Made by a program: the position numbers and the translations under genes | Shown: positions 38,733 to 53,539 of the stretch, one piece after another | Layout of the letters: every line of letters starts with the position of its first letter | How positions within the stretch are numbered: position 1 is the stretch's first letter | Source of the DNA: Octopus vulgaris | Lineage: Eukaryota | Length of the DNA: 64,000 nucleotides | NCBI GenBank assembly: GCA_951406725.2 | Contig: OX597830.1 | Location: 65,720,001-65,784,000, forward strand | Direction: 5' to 3' | Notes under the pieces: generated by a model | What the model saw: the letters and a program-made list of their open reading frames with translations, nothing else | What the model was told of the DNA's origin: nothing | The model's database searches: none

Positions 38733-39718
38733 AATAAAATAAGAGGCTTTCAATAGGGAAGCATTGTGCTTTCGTTTCTTGTGCTAGGCCACTAGTAATA
38801 ATAATTTATTATTACCCTATTTTATTATATGCATATATCTATATATATAAAACTGTAGTTGTGTGAGTGTCTGTCCCCTTCGGTTTAGATTCCTAACTAC
38901 TCCCACAAGAGGAAAAAATAACACACTTAGAAAGAAAAGAAAAACAACAGCAAACAGAAATAATAGGTAAGTAAATGGATCTTTTCGGTTTGAACGGCAG
39001 TTTTTTCTAGCGGTGTCATATGAAATTGTCACCCATAATTATAACCCTAGTATCGATCTATTGCATTTCAGTGTTTTAGGGTTAGGGTTAATTAGGGTTA
39101 GGGTTATGGTTAGGATTAGGGTTTTGGGGGAAGGGTATTTTTTTTTCTTCAGAAATGGAAATAAACCCAATCTGTTTCTTAAACGAGGGACATATTCATA
39201 TGGCACAGAATGTTTTCACCTAAATAGACGTCATTGATTGGTTGAAATTGCAGAAATTGAAGAAGAAAAAAACAACAAATATCTTACAAACTATGGAATT
39301 TTCTCAATAAAGCCAAGAGAAAAAGATGTTTTATGTAACACATTCTACCAGTATACGAAGTTTAAAAGTGTTTAGTTAGGTGGAAATTATTTTTTAAAAA
39401 ACTGCCGGTCAAACCGAAAAGATCCAAGTAAATTTCATTGTCATCCTCTCGTCTTCATCATTATCGTCTTCATCATTGATGCTGTCGTTGTTGTAGTTCT
39501 TGTCAGAGTCAGTTAAGGCCTAGGCGGCTATCTTTCGTTTTGCATCGGAAGAACGTGAAACATAAAGCGTTCGGTAATTTCCGTAAAAAAATTTTATTTA
39601 TTTCTTTTTGTAGGTGTTTAAAGTGCATTTCCTTTGATCTCACGATGATAACAGAGTGTATATGTCGTGAGTGTGAGACAGAAAGTGTGTGTTGTATGTG
39701 TACATATGTGTGAAAGAC

Positions 39719-39756
<38 letters not shown>

Positions 39757-39847
39757 GTGTTGCTGTGTGTGTGTGAGGGAGGAAGTAGCAGCACATTTTT
39801 TTTACTTATTTTTCTCACACCTTTTTTTGGGTGTGTGAGTGATTGAC

Positions 39848-39885
<38 letters not shown>

Positions 39886-41582
39886 TGTTGAAGGAAAAGT
39901 AGAAAGCTGTTGACTATGTATAGTGTCCATCATCCCAAAGCTGATATTAACTGGTTGTACTTGAAGAGAGACCAGAGTGGAAAAGGCTTAAATCCTTAAA
40001 TCTATTATAGCCTCAGGCTGACCAAAGCCTTTTGAGTGGATTTTGTAGACAGAAATTGAAAGAAGCCTGTTGTGTATATATACTAGCAGTATCGCCCGGC
40101 GTTGCTCGGGTTTGTAAGGGAAATAACTATATAAGCATTTTTAGAGAGTTACTTCCTTTATAGATGCCAATTCGGGCTTTCTTAGCCATTTCTGTTTTGG
40201 TGTCTTCAAGCCATGAAGTCGTTGTTCTAAAAGAACGCTGGTCTCCTTGACAACGCATTACGACGTTGATTTCCTTACACTCCCTTTCCCACAGCTTCAC
40301 GAGGGAGCGAAGAAGGGGTGAAGCAAACACAGGTGCAGGTGTGACTATGGACGCCAACTCCGCCGCCATCGACACACGAAAAATTATGCATTAAAATGGA
40401 ATAAAAAATGATATTAAATTATTTTTAAAATCGTTGACTCATCGTAGACGCGCACTAATAGCCAGACGGGCTCGATATTAATCACGACTATAAGATACCC
40501 AAATTTGGTTAAACTGCACCGCAAAATGTGGGAGGAGTTAGGAATCTAAATCGTAGGAGACAGACACTCACACAACTACAGTTTTATATATATATGTGTG
40601 TGTGTGTGTGTATAAATAAAATAAGAGGCTTTCAATAGGGAAGCATTGTGCTTTCGTTTCTTGTGCTAGGCCACTGGTAATAATAATTTATTATTACCCT
40701 ATTTTATTATATGCATATATCTATATATATAAAACTGTAGTTCTGTGTCTGTCCCCTTCGATTTAGATTCCTAACTACTCCCACAAGAGGAAAAAATAAC
40801 ACACTTAGAAAGAAAAGAAAAACAACAGCAAACAGAAATAATAGGTAAGTAAATGGATCTTTTCGGTTTGAACGGCAGTTTTTTCTAGCGGTGTCATATG
40901 AAATTGTCACCCATAATTATAACCCTAGTATCGATCTATTGCATTTCAGTGTTTTAGGGTTAGGGTTATGGTTAGGATTAGGGTTTTGGGGGAAGGGTAT
41001 TTTTTTTTCTTCAGAAATGGAAATAAACCCAATCTGTTTCTTAAACGAGGGACATATTCATATGGCACAGAATGTTTTTCACCTAAATAGACGTCATTGA
41101 TTGGTTGAAATTGCAGAAATTGAAGAAGAAAAAAACAACAAATATCTTACAAACTATGGAATTTTCTCAATAAAGCCAAGAGAAAAAGATGTTTTATGTA
41201 ACACATTCTACCAGTATACGAAGTTTAAAAGCGTTTAGTTAGGTGGAAATTATTTTTTAAAAAACTGCCGGTCAAACCGAAAAGATCCAAGTAAATTTCA
41301 TTGTCATCCTCTCGTCTTCATCATTATCGTCTTCATCATTGATGCTGTCGTTGTTGTAGTTGTTGTCAGAGTCAGTTAAGGCCTAGGCGGCTATCTTTCG
41401 TTTTGCATCGGAAGAACGTGAAACATAAAGCGTTCGGTAATTTCCGTAAAAAAAATTTTATTTATTTCTTTTTGTAGGTGTTTAAAGTGCATTTCCTTTG
41501 ATCTCACGATGATAACAGAGTGTATATGTCGTGAGTGTGAGACAGAAAGTGTGTGTTGTATGTGTACATATGTGTGAAAGAC

Positions 41583-41620
<38 letters not shown>

Positions 41621-41712
41621 GTGTTGCTGTGTGTGTGTGAGGGAGGAAGTAGCAGCACATTTTTTTTACTTATTTTTTCTCACACCTTTTTTGGGGTGTG
41701 TGAGTGATTGAC

Positions 41713-41778
<66 letters not shown>

Positions 41779-42488
41779 GTTGAAGGAAAAGTAGAAAGCT
41801 GTTGACTATGTATAGTGTCCATCATCCCAAAGCTGATATTAACTGGTTGTACTTGAAGAGAGACCAGAGTGGAAAAGGCTTAAATCCTTAAATCTATTAT
41901 AGCCTCAGGCTGACCAAAGCCTTTTGAGTGGATTTTGTAGACAGAAATTGAAAGAAGCCTGTTGTGTATATATACTAGCAGTATCGCCCGGCGTTGCTCG
42001 GGTTTGTAAGGGAAATAACTATATAAGCATTTTTAGAGAGTTACTTCCTTTATAGATGCCAATTCGGGCTTTCTTAGCCATTTCTGTTTTGGTGTCTTCA
42101 AGCCATGAAGTCGTTGTTCTAAAAGAACGCTGGTCTCCTTGACAACGCATTACGACGTTGATTTCCTTACACTCCCTTCCCCACAGCTTCACGAGGGAGC
42201 GAAGAAGGGGGAGAAGCAAACACAGGTGCAGGTGTGACCATGGACGCCAACTCCGCCGCCATCGACACACGAAAAATTATGCATTAAAATGGAATAAAAA
42301 ATGATATTAAATTATTTTTAAAATCGTTGACTCATCGTAGACGCGCACTAATAGCCAGACGGGCTCGATATTAATCACGACTATAAGATACCCAAATTTG
42401 GTTAAACTGCACCGCAAAATGTGGGAGGAGTTAGGAATCTAAATCGTAGGAGACAGACACTCACACAACTACAGTTTTATATATATAG

Positions 42489-42524
<36 letters not shown>

Positions 42525-43630
42525 ATAAATAAAATAAGAGGCTTTCAATAGGGAAGCATTGTGCTTTCGTTTCTTGTACTAGGCCACTGGTAATAATAAT
42601 TTATTATTACCCTATTTTATTATATGCATATATCTATATATATAAAACTGTAGTTGTGTGAGTGTCTGTCCCCTTCGGTTTAGATTCCTAACTACTCCCA
42701 CAAGAGGAAAAAATAACACACTTAGAAAGAAAAGAAAAACAACAGCAAACAGAAATAATAGGTAAGTAAATGGATCTTTTCGGTTTGAACGGCAGTTTTT
42801 TCTAGCGGTGTCATATGAAATTGTCACCCATAATTATAACCCTAGTATCGATCTATTGCATTTCAGTGTTTTAGGGTTAGGGTTAGGGTTAGGGTTATGG
42901 TTAGGATTAGGGTTTTGGGGGAAGGGTATTTTTTTTCTTCAGAAATGGAAATAAACCCAATCTGTTTCTTAAACGAGGGACATATTCATATGGCACAGAA
43001 TGTTTTCACCTAAATAGACGTCATTGATTGGTTGAAATTGCAGAAATTGAAGAAGAAAAAAACAACAAATATCTTACAAACTATGGAATTTTCTCAATAA
43101 AGCCAAGAGAAAAAGATGTTTTATGTAACACATTCTACCAGTATACGAAGTTTAAAAGCGTTTAGTTAGGTGGAAATTATTTTTTAAAAAACTGCCGGTC
43201 AAACCGAAAAGATCCAAGTAAATTTCATTGTCATCCTCTCGTCTTCATCATTATCGTCTTCATCATTGATGCTGTCGTTGTTGTAGTTGTTGTCAGAGTC
43301 AGTTAAGGCCTAGGCGGCTATCTTTCGTTTTGCATCGGAAGAACGTGAAACATAAAGCGTTCGGTAATTTCCGTAAAAAAAATTTTATTTATTTCTTTTT
43401 GTAGGTGTTTAAAGTGCATTTCCTTTGATCTCACGATGATAACAGAGTGTATATGTCGTGAGTGTGAGACAGAAAGTGTGTGTTGTATGTGTACATATGT
43501 GTGAAAGACATAGAGAGAGAGAGAGAGAGAGAGAGTTGTGTTGCTGTGTGTGTGTGAGGGAGGAAGTAGCAGCACATTTTTTTTTACTTATTTTTTCTCA
43601 CACCTTTTTTGGGGTGTGTGAGTGATTGAC

Positions 43631-43680
<50 letters not shown>

Positions 43681-44380
43681 GTTGAAGGAAAAGTAGAAAG
43701 CTGTTGACTATGTATAGTGTCCATCATCCCAAAGCTGATATTAACTGGTTGTACTTGAAGAGAGACCAGAGTGGAAAAGGCTTAAATCCTTAAATCTATT
43801 ATAGCCTCAGGCTGACCAAAGCCTTTTGAGTGGATTTTGTAGACAGAAATTGAAAGAAGCCTGTTGTGTATATATACTAGCAGTATCGCCCGGCGTTGCT
43901 CGGGTTTGTAAGGGAAATAACTATATAAGCATTTTTAGAGAGTTACTTCCTTTATAGATGCCAATTCGGGCTTTCTTAGCCATTTCTGTTTTGGTGTCTT
44001 CAAGCCATGAAGTCGTTGTTCTAAAAGAACGCTGGTCTCCTTGACCACGCATTACGACGTTGATTTCCTTACACTCCCTTCCCCACAGCTTCACGAGGGA
44101 GCGAAGAAGGGGGAGAAGCAAACACAGGTGCAGGTGTGACCATGGACGCCAACTCCGCCGCCATCGACACACGAAAAATTATGCCATTAAAATGGAATAA
44201 AAAATGATATTAAATTATTTTTTAAATCGTTGACTCACCGTAGACGTGCACTAATAGCAAGACGGGCTCGATATTAATCACGACTATAAGATACCCGAAT
44301 TTGGTTAAACTGCACCGCAAAATGTGGGAGGAGTTAGGAATCTAAATCGTAGGAGACAGACACTCACACAACTACAGTTT

Positions 44381-44427
<47 letters not shown>

Positions 44428-45417
44428 ATAAATAAAATAAGAGGCTTTCAATAGGGAAGCATTGTGCTTTCGTTTCTTGTGCTAGGCCACTGGTAATAAT
44501 AATTTATTATTACCCTATTTTATTATATGCATATATCTATATATATAAAACTGTAGTTGTGTGAGTGTCTGTCCCCTTCGGTTTAGATTCCTAACTACTC
44601 CCACAAGAGGAAAAAATAACACACTTAGAAAGAAAAGAAAAACAACAGCAAACAGAAATAATAGGTAAGTAAATGGATCTTTTCGGTTTGAACGGCAGTT
44701 TTTTCTAGCGGTGTCATATGAAATTGTCACCCATAATTATAACCCTAGTATCGATCTATTGCATTTCAGTGTTTTAGGGTTAGGGTTAATTAGGGTTAGG
44801 GTTATGGTTAGGATTAGGGTTTTGGGGGAAGGGTATTTTTTTTTCTTCAGAAATGGAAATAAACCCAATCTGTTTCTTAAACGAGGGACATATTCATATG
44901 GCACAGAATGTTTTCACCTAAATAGACGTCATTGATTGGTTGAAATTGCAGAAATTGAAGAAGAAAAAAACAACAAATATCTTACAAACTATGGAATTTT
45001 CTCAATAAAGCCAAGAGAAAAAGATGTTTTATGTAACACATTCTACCAGTATACGAAGTTTAAAAGCGTTTAGTTAGGTGGAAATTATTTTTTAAAAAAC
45101 TGCCGGTCAAACCGAAAAGATCCAAGTAAATTTCATTGTCATCCTCTCGTCTTCATCATTATCGTCTTCATCATTGATGCTGTCGTTGTTGTAGTTGTTG
45201 TCAGAGTCAGTTAAGGCCTAGGCGGCTATCTTTCGTTTTGCATCGGAAGAACGTGAAACATAAAGCGTTCGGTAATTTCCGTAAAAAAAATTTTATTTAT
45301 TTCTTTTTGTAGGTGTTTAAAGTGCATTTCCTTTGATCTCACGATGATAACAGAGTGTATATGTCGTGAGTGTGAGACAGAAAGTGTGTGTTGTATGTGT
45401 ACATATGTGTGAAAGAC

Positions 45418-45461
<44 letters not shown>

Positions 45462-45552
45462 GTGTTGCTGTGTGTGTGTGAGGGAGGAAGTAGCAGCACA
45501 TTTTTTTTACTTATTTTTCTCACACCTTTTTTTGGGTGTGTGAGTGATTGAC

Positions 45553-45604
<52 letters not shown>

Positions 45605-46317
45605 GTGTTGAAGGAAAAGTAGAAAGCTGTTGACTATGTATAGTGTCCATCATCCCAAAGCTGATATTAACTGGTTGTACTTGAAGAGAGACCAGAGTGG
45701 AAAAGGCTTAAATCCTTAAATCTATTATAGCCTCAGGCTGACCAAAGCCTTTTGAGTGGATTTTGTAGACAGAAATTGAAAGAAGCCTGTTGTGTATATA
45801 TACTAGCAGTATCGCCCGGCGTTGCTCGGGTTTGTAAGGGAAATAACTATATAAGCATTTTTAGAGAGTTACTTCCTTTATAGATGCCAATTCGGGCTTT
45901 CTTAGCCATTTCTGTTTTGGTGTCTTCAAGCCATGAAGTCGTTGTTCTAAAAGAACGCTGGTCTCCTTGACAACGCATTACGACGTTGATTTCCTTACAC
46001 TCCCTTCCCCACAGCTTCACGAGGGAGCGAAGAAGGGGGAGAAGCAAACACAGGTGCAGGTGTGACCATGGACGCCAACTCCGCCGCCATCGACACACGA
46101 AAAATTATGCATTAAAATGGAATAAAAAAATGATATTAAATTATTTTTAAAATCGTTGACTCATCGTAGACGCGCACTAATAGCCAGACGGGCTCGATAT
46201 TAATCACGACTATAAGATACCCGAATTTGGTTAAACTGCACCGCAAAATGTGGGAGGAGTTAGGAATCTAAATCGTAGGAGACAGACACTCACACAACTA
46301 CAGTTTTATATATATAG

Positions 46318-46384
<67 letters not shown>

Positions 46385-47364
46385 TGTGTATAAATAAAAT
46401 AAGAGGCTTTCAATAGGGAAGCATTGTGCTTTCGTTTCTTGTGCTAGGCCACTGGTAATAATAATTTATTATTACCCTATTTTATTATATGCATATATCT
46501 ATATATATAAAACTGTAGTTGTGTGAGTGTCTGTCCCCTTCGGTTTAGATTCCTTACTACTCCCACAAGAGGAAAAAATAACACACTTAGAAAGAAAAGA
46601 AAAACAACAGCAAACAGAAATAATAGGTAAGTAAATGGATCTTTTCGGTTTGAACGGCAGTTTTTTCTAGCGGTGTCATATGAAATTGTCACCCATAATT
46701 ATAACCCTAGTATCGATCTATTGCATTTCAGTGTTTTAGGGTTAGGGTTAATTAGGGTTAGGGTTATGGTTAGGATTAGGGTTTTGGGGGAAGGGTATTT
46801 TTTTTTCTTCAGAAATGGAAATAAACCCAATCTGTTTCTTAAACGAGGGACATATTCATATGGCACAGAATGTTTTCACCTAAATAGACGTCATTGATTG
46901 GTTGAAATTGCAGAAATTGAAGCAGAAAAAAACAACAAATATCTTACAAACCATGGAATTTTCTCAATAAAGCCAAGAGAAAAAGATGTTTTATGTAACA
47001 CATTCTACCAGTATACGAAGTTTAAAAGCGTTTAGTTAGGTGGAAATTATTTTTTAAAAAACTGCCGGTCAAACCGAAAAGATCCAAGTAAATTTCATTG
47101 TCATCCTCTCGTCTTCATCATTGATGCTGTCGTTGTTGTAGTTGTTGTCAGAGTCAGTTAAGGCCTAGGCGGCTATCTTTCGTTTTGCATTGGGAGAACG
47201 TGAAACATAAAGCGTTCGGTAATTTCCGTAAAAAAAATTTTATTTATTTCTTTTTGTAGGTGTTTAAAGTGCATTTCCTTTGATCTCACGATGATAACAG
47301 AGTGTATATGTCGTGAGTGTGAGACAGAAAGTGTGTGTTGTATGTGTACATATGTGTGAAAGAC

Positions 47365-47446
<82 letters not shown>

Positions 47447-49294
47447 GTGTGTTGAAGGAAAAGTAGAAAGCTGTTGACCATATATAGTGTCCATCATCCC
47501 AAAGCTGATATTAACTGGTTGTACTTGAAGAGAGACCAGAGTGGAAAAGGCTTAAATCCTTAAATCTATTATAGCCTCAGGCTGACCAAAGCCTTTTGAG
47601 TGGATTTTGTAGACAGAAATTGAAAGAAGCCTGTTGTGTATATATACTAGCAGTATCGCCCGGCGTTGCTCGGGTTTGTAAGGGAAATAACTATATAAGC
47701 ATTTTTAGAGAGTTACTTCCTTTATAGATGCCAATTCGGGCTTTCTTAGCCATTTCTGTTTTGGTGTCTTCAAGCCATGAAGTCGTTGTTCTAAAAGAAC
47801 GCTGGTCTCCTTGACAACGCATTACGACGTTGATTTCCTTACACTCCCTTCCCCACAGCTTCACGAGGGAGCGAAGAAGGGGGAGAAGCAAACACAGGTG
47901 CAGGTGTGACCATGGACGCCAACTCCGCCGCCATCGACACACGAAAAATTATGCATTAAAATGGAATAAAAAATGATATTAAATTATTTTTAAAATCGTT
48001 GACTCATCGTAGACGCGCACTAATAGCCAGACGGGCTCGATATTAATCACGACTATAAGATACCCGAATTTGGTTAAACTGCACCGCAAAATGTGGGAGG
48101 AGTTAGGAATCTAAATCGTAGGAGACACACACTCACACAACTACAGTTTTATATATATAGATATATATAGATATATGTGTGTGTGTGTGTGTGTGTGTAT
48201 AAATAAAATAAGAGGCTTTCAATAGGGAAGCATTGTGCTTTCGTTTCTTGTACTAGGCCACTGGTAATAATAATTTATTATTACCCTATTTTATTATATG
48301 CATATATCTATATATATAAAACTGTAGTTGTGTGAGTGTCTGTCCCCTTCGGTTTAGATTCCTAACTACTCCCACAAGAGGAAAAAATAACACACTTAGA
48401 AAGAAAAGAAAAACAACAGCAAACAGAAATAATAGGTAAGTAAATGGATCTTTTCGGTTTGAACGGCAGTTTTTTCTAGCGGTGTCATATGAAATTGTCA
48501 CCCATAATTATAACCCTAGTATCGATCTATTGCATTTCAGTGTTTTAGGGTTAGGATTATGGTTAGGATTAGGGTTTTGGGGGAAGGGTATTTTTTTTTC
48601 TTCAGAAATGGAAATAAACCCAATCTGTTTCTTAAACGAGGGACATATTCATATGGCACAGAATGTTTTCACCTAAATAGACGTCATTGATTGGTTGAAA
48701 TTGCAGAAATTGAAGAAGAAAAAAACAACAAATATCTTACAAACTATGGAATTTTCTCAATAAAGCCAAGAGAAAAAGATGTTTTATGTAACACATTCTA
48801 CCAGTATACGAAGTTTAAAAGCGTTTAGTTAGGTGGAAATTATTTTTTAAAAAACTGCCGGTCAAACCGAAAAGATCCAAGTAAATTTCATTGTCATCCT
48901 CTCGTCTTCATCATTATCGTCTTCATCATTGATGCTGTCGTTGTTGTAGTTGTTGTCAGAGTCAGTTAAGGCCTAGGCGGCTATCTTTCGTTTTGCATCG
49001 GAAGAACGTGAAACATAAAGCGTTCGGTAATTTCCGTAAAAAAATTTTATTTATTTCTTTTTGTAGGTGTTTAAAGTGCATTTCCTTTGATCTCACGATG
49101 ATAACAGAGTGTATATGTCGTGAGTGTGAGACAGAAAGTGTGTGTTGTATGTGTACATATGTGTGAAAGACATAGAGAGAGAGAGAGAGAGAGAGAGAGA
49201 GGTGTGTTGCTGTGTGTGTGTGAGGGAGGAAGTAGCAGCACATTTTTTTTACTTATTTTTTCTCACACCTTTTTTGGGTGTGTGAGTGATTGAC

Positions 49295-49344
<50 letters not shown>

Positions 49345-50055
49345 TGTTGAAGGAAAAGTAGAAAGCTGTTGACTATGTATAGTGTCCATCATCCCAAAGC
49401 TGATATTAACTGGTTGTACTTGAAGAGAGACCAGAGTGGAAAAGGCTTAAATCCTTAAATCTATTATAGCCTCAGGTTGACCAAAGCCTTTTGAGTGGAT
49501 TTTGTAGACAGAAATTGAAAGAAGCCTGTTGTGTATATATACTAGCAGTATCGCCCGGCGTTGCTCGGGTTTGTAAGGGAAATAACTATATAAGCATTTT
49601 TAGAGAGTTACTTCCTTTATAGATGCCAATTCGGGCTTTCTTAGCCATTTCTGTTTTGGTGTCTTCAAGCCATGAAGTCGTTGTTCTAAAAGAACGCTAG
49701 TCTCCTTGACAACGCATTACGACGTTGATTTCCTTACACTCCCGTCCCCGCAGCTTCACGAGGGAGCGAAGAAGGGGGAGAAGCAAACACAGGTGCAGCT
49801 GTGACCATGGACGCCAACTCCGCCGCCATCGACACACGAAAAATTATGCATTAAAATGGAATAAAAAATGATATTAAATTATTTTTAAAATCGTTGACTC
49901 ATCGTAGACGCGCACTAATAGCCAGACGGGCTCGATATTAATCACGACTATAAGATACCCGAATTTGGTTAAACTGCACCGCAAAATGTGGGAGGAGTTA
50001 GGAATCTAAATCGTAGGAGACACACACTCACACAACTACAGTTTTATATATATAT

Positions 50056-51262
50056 TGTTACGAAACGGACTGGAATCGCCCGTCGTCGCTCGTCCCGAAC
50101 GGCTCGCACACTAGTTCCGCCACGGAACCCAAAGAGGCGGAGACAGGAGATACAGATAGATACTGCCACAACCTCAACAGCACAGAGATACAGAGGCACA
50201 ACCCGAGATACAACCCAAAGAGGCAAGGCAACAACTGGCAACACTGGCTTATATTCAAACAACAGTTTATACGGCAATTACAATGTTACAACATCAAGAT
50301 ACATCAAAGCATGCACGTGACTACTCAATACATAATACAACATCATGTAACAATATATCAGTCCGGAGACGCAACAAGTCATATACAGTATTTCAAAGGT
50401 ACACGTCCGAAGACACAGTTCTCTAAAGTCTCTTTTTCTAAACATCACAAATAACAAGTCCTTTACTCTTCTTCTTCACAATGTCCTTTATCGACCACAT
50501 CGACAGAGTCCTTGACTGTTCAATACACAAATCACATACCTCAGTTCCTAATTGAATCTGCCAGTGTCCCATTCCTCTCAATACTGCTAATTCCTCTGAA
50601 TACTGCTAATTCCCTTCTGTGCCGCCAAGCTTTCTCGCATCCAACTTGCTCCTAAGAATTCCAACGCTTGCTCCTTAAATCCAAGGTTCCATCCACTCGC
50701 TCTGACCTCCAGAGTCCGTCCGTCTTCCTCGACGACCGCTCAACGACTCCCCTTCTTGACGACCAGCTACCAACTACCCAGATCCGTCCTTCTTGACGAC
50801 CAACTGCGAACTGCCCAGAACCTCACTTCCTTGTCCTGACTTCCACTCCCTCATCTCCCTCTGTTCTACCACCTATAGTCTTTCTATTTGCTATCTGATT
50901 CCTTACTCTATCTATATTGCCTACTGTCCCTTAGCCTCTCTATCTGTCCCTTAGTCTTATACTCTATCTCTCTCATGACAGCTCTACCAAACTCTCTGCC
51001 TGTCCTTCTCTCCTACTGTCAATACCCTCTCCATCTGCTCTTAGATTCCCTTAATCTGTCCTCCTCTTCACTTCTTCAAGGGGTGCCCAGAGCGACCCCT
51101 AATTCACCCGCACAAGGTCACAGGTCATTCCAAAACCCATTAGTCCTCCATTAAACAAAAGACTGTCACATTTTCACCAGACATACTGGAACCATATCCA
51201 CGATGTGGGTCACCAAAACACTACACTAATTAAACCCGAGATGCACTTAGCCAACCGTAACA
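50056..51262. mobile_element. Solo LTR, probably Ty3/Gypsy
   Basis: TGTTACG...CGTAACA termini, 1207 bp, ATAT on both sides, no recognisable coding content; present in only one array unit. Confidence 0.8.
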
Positions 51263-51313
<51 letters not shown>

Positions 51314-52238
51314 AATAAAATAAGAGGCTTTCAATAGGGAAGCATTGTGCTTTCGTTTCTTGTGCTAGGCCACTGGTAATAATAATTTATTATAGTTGTG
51401 TGAGTGTCTGTCCCCTTCGGTTTAGATTCCTAACTACTCCCACAAGAGGAAAAAATAACACACTTAGAAAGAAAAGAAGAACAACAGCAAACAGAAATAA
51501 TAGGTAAGTAAATGGATCTTTTCGGTTTGAACGGCAGTTTTTTCTAGCGGTGTCATATGAAATTGTCACCCATAATTATAACCCTAGTATCGATCTATTG
51601 CATTTCAGTGTTTTAGGGTTAGGGTTATGGTTAGGATTAGGGTTTTGGGGAAGGGTATTTTTTTTTCTTCAGAAATGGAAATAAACCCAATCTGTTTCTT
51701 AAACGAGGGACATATTCATATGGCACAGAATGTTTTCACCTAAATAGACGTCATTGATTGGTTGAAATTGCAGAAATTGAAGAAGAAAAAAACAACAAAT
51801 ATCTTACAAACTATGGAATTTTCTCAATAAAGCCAAGAGAAAAAGATGTTTTATGTAACACATTCTACCAGTATACGAAGTTTAAAAGCGTTTAGTTAGG
51901 TGGAAATTATTTTTAAAAAACTGCCGGTCAAACCGAAAAGATCCAAGTAAATTTCATTGTCATCCTCTCGTCTTCATCATTATCGTCTTCATCATTGATG
52001 CTGTCGTTGTTGTAGTTGTTGTCAGAGTCAGTTAAGGCCTAGGCGGCTATCTTTCGTTTTGCATCGGAAGAACGTGAAACATAAAGCGTTCGGTAATTTC
52101 CGTAAAAAAAATTTTATTTATTTCTTTTTGTAGGTGTTTAAAGTGCATTTCCTTTGATCTCACGATGATAACAGAGTGTATATGTCGTGAGTGTGAGACA
52201 GAAAGTGTGTGTTGTATGTGTACATATGTGTGAAAGAC

Positions 52239-52286
<48 letters not shown>

Positions 52287-52376
52287 GTTGCTGTGTGTGT
52301 GTGAGGGAGGAAGTAGCAGCACATTTTTTTTACTTATTTTTTCTCACACCTTTTTTGGGGTGTGTGAGTGATTGAC

Positions 52377-52416
<40 letters not shown>

Positions 52417-52769
52417 GTTGAAGGAAAAGTAGAAAGCTGTTGACTATGTATAGTGTCCATCATCCCAAAGCTGATATTAACTGGTTGTACTTGAAGAGGA
52501 GCAGAAGTAGTTATGGAGAATCATACCCTTGTGTTGAGAGGGATTCTTTGGGGTTTGAGTAATTCACCTCTGGAAACATGGGTGTTTCGTTCAACATCCT
52601 TAAACAACCCTTATTCAAGGACCTTTTGAGCGGGTTGGGTTACTTGACCAGAAGAAAATTCTAACTGGGCCCCACCTGCAATGTCATGTGCTGTTTATCT
52701 TGACATAAGATTACCATGTTTGTCCCCTCTATGTTTAGCCCCTTGTGGGCAATAAAGAAATAGGAATTC

Positions 52770-53530
52770 ATTTTTTCACCAAAAAATGTCAATTTTGCCA
52801 TTAAACGCAACGCTGGAATAACCATGGCAATCTCGTTGCAGTAACCTGCAGTAGACAGCATCATGGTGGTGTTCCACCTGCCTTCATACCTGACCTCTAT
52901 GTTCTCAATGTCCTGGTGGAATCTTTTTCCTTGCCCATCACTTATTGTTCTATGATTTTCCAGGAAGTAGTCCAGATAACTACGCAGGAAATGCATGTTT
53001 ACACTCATTTTGCAGCCCAGTGCTCAAAAACTGGTTAACAGGGTCTGCACAAGACCTTCATAATTTGATGGCTTCCTGTTTCCTAGGAAATCAGACACAA
53101 CTGCAGCAAAAGCATCCCATGCTTCTTTTGCAATGCTAGACATGGTCTCCAAAAAATAGCTCGTCCTGCAATAGCCACCTAATATGTGGTCTGTCAAACA
53201 AACCAACCTTAATTTCCTCACAAGACAAAACTGGAAACTTTCTGCTTAAGTATTTAAAGCAGTCACTGAATCAATATTTCAACACATGTTTTGCACACTA
53301 CATGGGGTGCACAGGCTTTGTCTTCTCACCCAGTTTCATGCTAAAGTAAGTATGGTAAGCTTTCTTCATAAAATCTGTGATTTTGTTTCACTGCCTAGGT
53401 ATAACATCCACAAATATAGCAGAAGATATAGGGCCTGTTTTTACATTTCCTTCTCTCACAACTGGCCTTATTTCTGAAATACAAAAACATATTCAAGCTA
53501 GTTGTCTCCTGGGAAAAACATTTTCAGAAC
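52770..53530 (-). pseudogene. Degenerate DDE transposase (Chapaev/CMC-like; family assignment tentative)
   Basis: EAWDAFAAVVSDFLGNRKPSNYEGLVQTLL and MSVNMHFLRSYLDYF...SDGQGKRFHQDIENIEVRYEGRW match a widespread transposase C-terminus (KxHFLHSHLDFFP...SDEQGERFHQ). Confidence 0.65.
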
Positions 53531-53539
53531 TGTCAACAG

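Larger units (their letters stand above)
29180..52498. repeat. Macrosatellite of about 12 composite units of 1.74-1.96 kb
   Basis: MITE starts at 29255, 31562, 33369, 35293, 37033, 38977, 40855, 42772, 44675, 46637, 48446 and 51514; units are near-identical outside their microsatellites; the pattern stops at TTGAAGAG (52498). Confidence 0.97.

Noticed and set aside
30810-49830. Recurrent 82-83 aa ORFs (..KTEMAKKARIGIYKGSNSLKMLI) and other repeated ORFs in the array
   Set aside because: They recur only because the unit is tandemly repeated; frameshift variants between units and the absence of any recognisable domain argue against a gene array.
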